A stretch of 64,000 bases of DNA, taken from an uncultured Helicobacter sp. (GTDB lineage: Bacteria > Campylobacterota > Campylobacteria > Campylobacterales > Arcobacteraceae). The DNA lies in the NCBI GenBank assembly GCA_964482285.1, contig CAYZWZ010000001.1:53521-117520 (forward strand), given 5' to 3'. Made by a program: the position numbers and the translations under genes. The notes beneath the pieces are model-generated. The model did no database searches and was not told where the DNA came from. It saw only the letters and a program-made list of their open reading frames with translations. Shown here one piece after another: positions 57,907-64,000 of the stretch; the stretch's first letter is position 1; each line of letters begins with the position of its first letter.

Positions 57907-58479
57907 TTATTTATTAATACTTTTTAAATATTCATATATACCTTTTATATCTTTAGGTGTTACTATATCTGCATATGGTTTCATAACCATTGCAAAACCT
58001 TTATCTTGCTCATTCCATGTATATGCTCTCATAGTATCTTGTAAAGTATCAAGATCATATTTATTAATAGCCAAAGATACATTTTGAGGAGTTAGTTCAC
58101 CTTTAGATCCATGACAAGATTGACATTTAGTTTTATATATTTTTTCTCCATTTGAAAAAATTAATTTTTTTTCATCCTCTTTTTTATTTTTTTCAACCAC
58201 TTTACTTAGTTTATCATAGTCTATTTTAGATGATGATTTTATATCTTTTTTTAATATATATATAAAATCAAATCCATTATCTTTTTTTGATATTTTTATA
58301 TCATCTACACTCCAAGATTTTGCTTTCATATCATCTATAGAGTATTTACCTTTACACTCTCCACCATCAAACTTTTTACTCTCTACTTTTGAGATATCTT
58401 TGATATTATTTATATAACACATAGTTGTATTTGCAAAGGCAAATATATTTAAAGCTAATATTGAAGCTAATAGTTTCAT
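57907..58479 (-). CDS. Periplasmic c-type cytochrome (single CxxCH haem site in the C-terminal domain)
   Basis: Signal peptide and CQSCHG haem-binding motif with a downstream Met-containing segment. Confidence 0.7.
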   Translation of the reverse strand: MKLLASILALNIFAFANTTMCYINNIKDISKVESKKFDGGECKGKYSIDDMKAKSWSVDDIKISKKDNGFDFIYILKKDIKSSSKIDYDKLSKVVEKNKKEDEKKLIFSNGEKIYKTKCQSCHGSKGELTPQNVSLAINKYDLDTLQDTMRAYTWNEQDKGFAMVMKPYADIVTPKDIKGIYEYLKSINK

Positions 58480-58508
58480 AGTTTTCCTTGAAGTTGTTAG
58501 TTTTTTAT

Positions 58509-58537
58509 ATTATATTTGAAATATATACAAATGTCAA
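58509..58537 (-). promoter_or_regulatory. Perfect-consensus sigma70 promoter of the cytochrome c gene
   Basis: The minus strand reads TTGACA-TTTGTATATATTTCAAA(17)-TATAAT. The predicted 5'UTR is about 23 nt with an AAGGAA SD. Confidence 0.65.
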
Positions 58538-58554
58538 TATATATTTCAAATATA
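58511..58554. repeat. 17-bp perfect inverted repeat (tatatttgaaatatata / tatatatttcaaatata) with 10-nt spacer, bracketing the -35 and overlapping the -10
   Basis: Arms at 58511..58527 and 58538..58554, read directly. Each arm is itself a near-palindrome (TATATTT-S-AAATATA). Confidence 0.9.
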
Positions 58555-58582
58555 AAAAAAGCTTGAACCGAAGTTCAAGCTT
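58552..58582 (-). terminator. Rho-independent terminator of the porin gene
   Basis: Minus strand: GCTTGAAC-TTCG-GTTCAAGC followed by T7, about 30 nt after the stop. Confidence 0.85.
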
Positions 58583-58610
58583 TGATTTAAGAGTGAGTTA
58601 AAATTCTATA

Positions 58611-59648
58611 TTAGAATTTGTAAGTCATATCCGCTCTTAATTGTGTTTGATCTGTATCAGATGTAACACCTGTGTAATCAGCATATCTAACTGTACCAGT
58701 TAAAGATTTAGCAAATTTATTTGTAAGTTGTAAAACAACTTCACTAATACTATTATTTGCACCAATATCTGCAGAACCATATTTAACTGAAGCACTTAAT
58801 GTACTTGTCATTGGAGCAGAAACACCTAAGATAAATGCTTTAGTATCAGCAGCATTTTGAGCATTAAATTCAACTAATTCAGCTGTATTAGCAGAAGAAG
58901 CATCAGAAGTAAATGCAGCGTTATCTTCACCATTTACTAAGTATGCAGCAGAAAGACCAACTGTACCAGCTTTACCAGCAGCAGAAAGGATCATTGTAGA
59001 ACCATCTTTATCTGTACCAGCTTCAAAATCTGTTGTTGCATATCTAGCACCTAAAGCAATACCAGCAACATTTGCACCAACAACTAAAGTATTATTTACT
59101 GAATGACCTGCAACACCAACATTCCATAATTGGAAGTTAACACCTGACATAGAACCTAATACAGCAACTGCATGAGCATCTTGACCAGCAACTGCTCCCT
59201 CTGCAATACTTTGATTACCAAAGTGAGCAGCAGCTAAAGTAATACCTTTAGCAACACCATAAGTAGCTAAAATACCTTCAACTGTTTCACCATCAGTAGT
59301 TGGAGTATTAATAGCTTGTCTACCAAATTTAACTGTAAGACCGTTTCCAGCATAGTTAATATTTGCTTTATCCATAGTTACAGCAGAAGCACTTGCAGCA
59401 ACATTATCTTTAGTATCAGCATCAGCTTGAACACCAACTACTGCAGAGAAGTTATCGTTGATTTTTGTTGTAGCTTTTACATCAAAATCGATATCATATC
59501 CTGTTACTGTTTGTCCATCATTTACAGATGTTGCATGGTTTTCTACATAAACTTTACCTGTATAAGATGTATCCATCGCACTCGCGCTTGTTGTAAATCC
59601 TGCAACTGCAACTGCAGCTACTAAACTCATTTTAATCATTTTAGTCAT
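58611..59648 (-). CDS. Major outer membrane porin (Campylobacter MOMP-like beta-barrel)
   Basis: Signal peptide ending SASA. Alternating amphipathic beta-strands rich in A/G/T/N. C-terminal ...DMTYKF with terminal Phe. Codon usage is visibly GC-shifted, as in highly expressed genes. Confidence 0.75.
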   Translation of the reverse strand: MTKMIKMSLVAAVAVAGFTTSASAMDTSYTGKVYVENHATSVNDGQTVTGYDIDFDVKATTKINDNFSAVVGVQADADTKDNVAASASAVTMDKANINYAGNGLTVKFGRQAINTPTTDGETVEGILATYGVAKGITLAAAHFGNQSIAEGAVAGQDAHAVAVLGSMSGVNFQLWNVGVAGHSVNNTLVVGANVAGIALGARYATTDFEAGTDKDGSTMILSAAGKAGTVGLSAAYLVNGEDNAAFTSDASSANTAELVEFNAQNAADTKAFILGVSAPMTSTLSASVKYGSADIGANNSISEVVLQLTNKFAKSLTGTVRYADYTGVTSDTDQTQLRADMTYKF

Positions 59649-59683
59649 ATATTTTTCCTTTTTTTGTCTAAATTTCGAAATTT

Positions 59684-59721
59684 AACAAGTGTGTTGTAAA
59701 TTTCTAAAACAACACATTGTT
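59684..59721 (-). other. 13-bp hairpin (one bulge) in the porin upstream/leader region
   Basis: aacaagtgtgttgt (59684..59697) and acaacacattgtt (59709..59721), 35-75 nt upstream of the ATG. Adjacent is a 14-nt perfect palindrome aaatttcgaaattt (59670..59683). Confidence 0.6.
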
Positions 59722-59903
59722 GTAGGTAAATTTTACTGCAATATTCTTAAAGTATACTTAATATAGATAAACTAATGCTCTGTAGTAGTTATTTTAAGCT
59801 ATATTTTAATTAGTGTATATGTTTTAATCATATTTAAGTTATTATTTTTTCAAATACTTCATCTAAAATATTCTATTTATTACTACTATTTATACATATA
59901 AAT

Positions 59904-59940
59904 AAAAAAAGGCCAAATATTTAAATATTTGAGCCTTTTT
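59904..59940 (-). terminator. Rho-independent terminator after the malic enzyme gene
   Basis: aggccaaata / tatttg(a)gcct form a 10-bp stem with one bulge, flanked by A7 and T5, about 20 nt downstream of the stop at 59962. Confidence 0.65.
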
Positions 59941-59961
59941 AGTTAATATTGATATAAAAGT

Positions 59962-61254
59962 TTATTTATCTTCTATCATAGAATATAAATACTCTTTATA
60001 ATCATCAATATCAAAATCTTCAATATTTGCTACGCTATCTTCAATAGCAGCTTTAGCAACAGCAGAAGCTACATATACTAATACTCGTCTATCAAATGGT
60101 GATGGGATAATATAATTTGTACCAAAACTCATATCATCTCTATTATGTGCTTTTTTTACATACTCTGGTACTTCTTGTTTTGCTAAGTTTGCAAGTGCTT
60201 TTGATGCAGCTAGTTTCATATTTTCTGTAATTTTTATAGCTCTTACATCTAAAGCACCTCTAAATATAGCAGGAAAACCTAATACATTATTTACTTGATT
60301 AGGATAATCACTTCTTCCTGTTCCTATTATTACATCGGTTCTTGCTTGTTTTGCTAAAGTTGGAGTTATTTCTGGATTTGGGTTTGCACATGCAAATATT
60401 ATTGGGTTATCATTCATAGATTGTACCATTTCTGGTGTAATCAAATCAGCAGAACTAAGACCTAAAACCATGTCAGCTCCATTTATTGCATCTGCTAAGG
60501 TTCTGTCATTTGTATCTATTGCAAACTCTTGTTTGTATTTATTTAAATCATCTCTTTTGGAGTGTATCACACCTTTACTATCTATTAGTACTATATGAGT
60601 AATACCAATACTTTTATACATAGTAGCACATGCAATTCCTGCTGCTCCTGCACCTATTACTACCACTTTTAGTTCATTTGCTTTTTTATTATATAGATCT
60701 AATACATTTAATAATCCAGCAGTTGTAATCACTGCAGTTCCATGTTGATCATCGTGAAATACTGGAATTGAACATTTTTCTTTTAGTTCTTTTTCTATCT
60801 CAAAACATCTAGGAGCACTTATATCTTCTAAATTTATACCACCAAAAGTATCACTTATAGCGTGAACTGTATTTACAATCTCATCTACACTATGAACATT
60901 TAGTTCAATATCAACAGCATCGATATTTGCAAACTTTTTAAAAAGTACACATTTACCTTCCATTACTGGTTTACTTGCTTGATGACCAATATCTCCAAGA
61001 CCTAGCACTGCTGTTCCATCACTAATAACAGCTACTACATTTCCTTTGTTTGTATAGTCATAAACTTTACTTGTATCTTTATGTATAGATTTACATGGAT
61101 ATGCAACACCTGGAGAATATGCCATAGATAATTCTTTTGTAGTGTTACATTGTTTTGTTACTAATGTTCCTGTTTTCCCGTTTGTATCAAATACACTTGT
61201 AGCTTTATGGTATTGTAAAGATTCTTGTTCAAATAAATTTTCTGTATTACTCAT
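59962..61254 (-). CDS. maeB: NAD(P)-dependent malic enzyme (short form)
   Basis: AYSPGVA, VAVISDGTAVLGLGDIG, FHDDQHGTA and VVIGAGAAG motifs. Confidence 0.88.
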   Translation of the reverse strand: MSNTENLFEQESLQYHKATSVFDTNGKTGTLVTKQCNTTKELSMAYSPGVAYPCKSIHKDTSKVYDYTNKGNVVAVISDGTAVLGLGDIGHQASKPVMEGKCVLFKKFANIDAVDIELNVHSVDEIVNTVHAISDTFGGINLEDISAPRCFEIEKELKEKCSIPVFHDDQHGTAVITTAGLLNVLDLYNKKANELKVVVIGAGAAGIACATMYKSIGITHIVLIDSKGVIHSKRDDLNKYKQEFAIDTNDRTLADAINGADMVLGLSSADLITPEMVQSMNDNPIIFACANPNPEITPTLAKQARTDVIIGTGRSDYPNQVNNVLGFPAIFRGALDVRAIKITENMKLAASKALANLAKQEVPEYVKKAHNRDDMSFGTNYIIPSPFDRRVLVYVASAVAKAAIEDSVANIEDFDIDDYKEYLYSMIEDK

Positions 61255-61281
61255 AATATTTCCTATATTTTGTTATTTGAA

Positions 61282-61290
61282 ATTATAGCA
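61282..61290 (-). promoter_or_regulatory. Candidate extended -10 promoter (TGCTATAAT) for the malic enzyme gene
   Basis: The reverse complement reads TGCTATAAT, about 28 nt upstream of the ATG, with an intervening SD-like TAGGAAA. Confidence 0.4.
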
Positions 61291-61390
61291 AAATTATATG
61301 ATATTAGTATGAGTTTCTATATGAAAAGTTAGAAGGGTGATTAGTCCTTACATTGGAATAATTATCAAAAATCATTTTTTTTGTCAATTT

Positions 61391-62353
61391 TTATAATCTT
61401 TGTGGTCTTGTATCTTTAAATGCAATAGCTTCTGCTTTACTAAGTATATCTAGTATTCCATCTTCTATCATTATTGTTGCTAACTCTTGTCCCATATTTG
61501 AACTATCATCTATAGATTTTGTAAGTGATTTTTGAACTATATTTGTACCATCTGGATAACCAATCATAGATGTAAGTGTAACTTTACCATCACTAATTGT
61601 TGCATTACAAGCAACTGGAGCAGAACATCCGGCTCCTATTTTACTAATAAATTCTCGCTCAATTTTAGTACATAAATATGTATCTTCATCATTTAATATA
61701 CTGGCAACCTCTCTTGCAAAATTATCAGATGAAACTATTTGAATACCTAATGCTGCTTGTCCCATTGGTGGGATCATAAGTTCTAGTGGTAGTTTTTGTG
61801 TATATGGAATATCTTTAATTAAATCTAATCTATGTAATCCAATATAAGCTAAAATAATTGCATCATATTGACCCTCTTTTAGTTTTCTAAGTCTTGTATT
61901 TACATTTCCTCTTAGATCTTTTACTACTAAATCTGGTCTTTGTTTAAGTAGTTGCATTCTTCTTCTTAGACTTGTAGTTCCTACAACTGCACCTTGTGGT
62001 AAGTCTTGAAGTGTATTATATGTATGAGATAAAAATAGATCACTTTGATCTGCTCTTTTTGTGATACTAACTAACTCTAAACCTTCTGGCATAAATGTAG
62101 GTACATCTTTTAAACTATGCACTGCTAAGTTTGCATTACCTGCTAACATCTCATCTTCAAGCTCTTTTGTAAAATGACCTTTTCCACCTATAAGTGCAAG
62201 TGGTTTATCAAGTATTTTATCTCCATTTGAAGTTATTTTATTAAGTTCAACTTCTACATCTGGAAATGCTTTATTTATAGCATCTCTTACAAAATATGCT
62301 TGCCAAAGTGCAAGATCACTAGCTCTTGTTGCTATTGTTATTTTTTTTGCCAT
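61391..62353 (-). CDS. hemC: Hydroxymethylbilane synthase (porphobilinogen deaminase)
   Basis: IATRASDLALWQA, GTTSLRRRMQL, LRGNVNTRL, and the cofactor Cys in GAGCSAPVA. Confidence 0.93.
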   Translation of the reverse strand: MAKKITIATRASDLALWQAYFVRDAINKAFPDVEVELNKITSNGDKILDKPLALIGGKGHFTKELEDEMLAGNANLAVHSLKDVPTFMPEGLELVSITKRADQSDLFLSHTYNTLQDLPQGAVVGTTSLRRRMQLLKQRPDLVVKDLRGNVNTRLRKLKEGQYDAIILAYIGLHRLDLIKDIPYTQKLPLELMIPPMGQAALGIQIVSSDNFAREVASILNDEDTYLCTKIEREFISKIGAGCSAPVACNATISDGKVTLTSMIGYPDGTNIVQKSLTKSIDDSSNMGQELATIMIEDGILDILSKAEAIAFKDTRPQRL

Positions 62354-62361
62354 CTTTTATC

Positions 62362-62826
62362 CTATTTATCTATTTTTGTATGATCTTCTATAATCTCAAC
62401 ATCGATTATATCATCATCTTTTTTTACAGTTTTTTCATAATAAAAATTATTTGAACTATATGTACTATTAAAATTTGTTGAATCTGTAGGTTTTGTTTTT
62501 AGTTTAAATATTTTTGAAAATACCATAGTTAAAAAACCAAACTGCAATAATATCCCTATAATATCTGTCAAAAACCCTGGTACTATTAGCAGTATTGCAC
62601 CTAAAGCTTTTGCCATATTTGTTTTTACAAAATCTTCTTGTGATATTTTTCCTGATGTTAGCTCTTGAATATTTAGAGCTAATGAGTACTTAAATACTCT
62701 TAAAAGTGATATACCTACAACAGCACTAAGTACGATCATAATAAATGTCATAAATCCACCAAGTTGTGATGATATGTATGTACTTACCATCACTTCTGAA
62801 AATAGGTATAAAACTACATATAACAT
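62362..62826 (-). CDS. fxsA: FxsA-family cytoplasmic membrane protein
   Basis: LLIVPGFLTDIIGILLQ motif and three or four TM segments. Confidence 0.7.
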   Translation of the reverse strand: MLYVVLYLFSEVMVSTYISSQLGGFMTFIMIVLSAVVGISLLRVFKYSLALNIQELTSGKISQEDFVKTNMAKALGAILLIVPGFLTDIIGILLQFGFLTMVFSKIFKLKTKPTDSTNFNSTYSSNNFYYEKTVKKDDDIIDVEIIEDHTKIDK

Positions 62827-64000
62827 TAAGCTAACTTATCTTTTATAAATGCAACTACCTCATCAATAGCAACATCTGTTTTCTCACCACTTCTTCTACA
62901 TACTACTTCAACTATACCCTCTTGAAGTTTTTTACCTATAATAATGGCATATGGGAAACCTAAAAGTTCAAAATCTTTCATTTTGAATCCAAATCTCTCT
63001 TTTATTCTATCATCGATTAAAGTTGAGATATTATTAGATTGTAGATCTTCATATACTTTAAGTGCAGCATTTAGTTCATCTTCTTTTTTTGCATTTGATA
63101 CAATCACTTCACACATAAATGGTGTTGTAGATTTTGTCCAAATACAACCTTTTTCATCATGATTTTGTTCTATTACAGCTGCAATTAATCTACTAACTCC
63201 AATACCAAATGTTGCCATTTGCATATTTTCTTTTTTCTGATCTTTATTTAAAAATTCAGCTTTTAGTGGGCTAGAGTATCTATCACCTAATTGGAAAATA
63301 TGCCCTACTTCTATACCTTTTTTAAATACTAATTCACTACCACAAGAACATTTTTGTTCTATTTTTTTATTTTGAAGCTCTTCATAACTTAGTTCATTTA
63401 GTGCATCTATCTCTTCTTCACTTTCAAATATAGTTTCAATATTTGCTCCATAATCACAAGAGTTACAAATTACTAGTGTATCTTCTCCACTATTTGCAAT
63501 TACATGAAACTCTTTACTTCCACTTCCACCAATAGCACCACTATCTGCTTGAACCACTCTAAACTCTAAACCTAATCTAGTAAATATTTTTTTATAAGTA
63601 TCTTCCATAAGATTAAATTCTCTTATCATATCTTCAGTATTTGTATGAAAAGAATATCCATCTTTCATTAAAAACTCTCTACCTCTTAATATCCCAAATC
63701 TAGGTCTTGCTTCATCTCTAAATTTTGTATTTACTTGATATAAATTTACTGGTAAATCTTTGTATGATTTTACCCTTTGTCTTACTAAATTAACCATAGC
63801 TTCTTCATTTGTTGGACTAAGTACAAAAGTGTTATCTTTTCTATCTTTAAATCTTAACATCTCTTTATCCATAGTCTCAGATCTTCCACTCTCTTCCCAT
63901 AAACCATGAGGGGTTACAAAGCTTAGTTGAACTTCTATTGCACCAGCTTTATTTAGTTCATCTTTTACTATATTTGAAATATTATCAAGTACCATTTTAC
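62826..64000 (-). CDS. proS: Prolyl-tRNA synthetase, C-terminal part (5' end lies beyond the window end)
   Basis: Frame open to 64000. The region ...[23 protein letters not shown]... corresponds to an internal ProRS segment, so the track's Met at 63995 is not the real start. Class II motifs and a C-terminal anticodon-binding domain are present. Confidence 0.9.
   Translation of the reverse strand, partial: KMVLDNISNIVKDELNKAGAIEVQLSFVTPHGLWEESGRSETMDKEMLRFKDRKDNTFVLSPTNEEAMVNLVRQRVKSYKDLPVNLYQVNTKFRDEARPRFGILRGREFLMKDGYSFHTNTEDMIREFNLMEDTYKKIFTRLGLEFRVVQADSGAIGGSGSKEFHVIANSGEDTLVICNSCDYGANIETIFESEEEIDALNELSYEELQNKKIEQKCSCGSELVFKKGIEVGHIFQLGDRYSSPLKAEFLNKDQKKENMQMATFGIGVSRLIAAVIEQNHDEKGCIWTKSTTPFMCEVIVSNAKKEDELNAALKVYEDLQSNNISTLIDDRIKERFGFKMKDFELLGFPYAIIIGKKLQEGIVEVVCRRSGEKTDVAIDEVVAFIKDKLA

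Noticed and set aside
2355-63162. All other short (62-116 aa) ORFs antisense to annotated genes: 2355, 6789, 7663, 12974, 14555, 16226, 18267, 19535, 22098, 26489, 29823, 31029, 31999, 33522, 38917, 41176, 41920, 42767, 44397, 50703, 55074, 55830, 59316, 62944
   Set aside because: Each is fully embedded in the opposite strand of a longer ORF with clear family motifs. Their F/L/I/Y/S-rich composition is what AT-rich antisense frames produce. None has a convincing SD or a recognisable domain.
1-64000. CRISPR arrays, IS elements, prophage or defence-system genes
   Set aside because: No regularly spaced direct repeats, transposase, integrase or nuclease-type ORFs, or terminal inverted repeats were found. 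Every ORF over 100 aa is either a recognisable housekeeping or flagellar gene, or an operon-embedded unknown discussed above.

Overview
AT-rich (about 27-28% GC by eye) chromosomal segment typical of a Campylobacterota genome, Arcobacter/Aliarcobacter-like by composition and gene content (inference). No mobile element, CRISPR array, defence locus or rRNA was seen. The core is a roughly 30 kb flagellar/chemotaxis supercluster at 9840..39554: 32 co-oriented minus-strand genes from cheY, a cheZ-like gene, flgF, flgB and fliFGH through to fliI, flgL and flhA. A divergent plus-strand unit follows it (flgG plus two unknown genes, 39725..42439). Housekeeping genes flank the cluster. On the left are rpsB, cell-wall remodelling enzymes, engB, lptCA, kdsC, hisB and serS. 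On the right are rimM, rpsP, ffh, two tRNAs, bioD, glcD, a displaced fliP, a sensor kinase, a SEDS protein and PBP pair, ppiB, a cytochrome c, a major porin, malic enzyme, hemC and proS. I found no clearly self-contained novel system. The best candidates for undescribed biology are uncharacterised genes wired into the flagellar operons. These are a membrane-anchored paralogue of the FliY/CheC-like switch domain, two ~665 aa secreted TPR-like proteins joined to neighbours by TAGTG stop/start overlaps, and a CheZ-like phosphatase with repeated CheY-docking-like peptides. Tandem FlgE paralogues and a PomAB-like stator are also notable. Several regulatory DNA structures are reported, including a consensus promoter nested in a 17 bp perfect inverted repeat. 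All functional calls come from reading motifs by eye; no searches were run.
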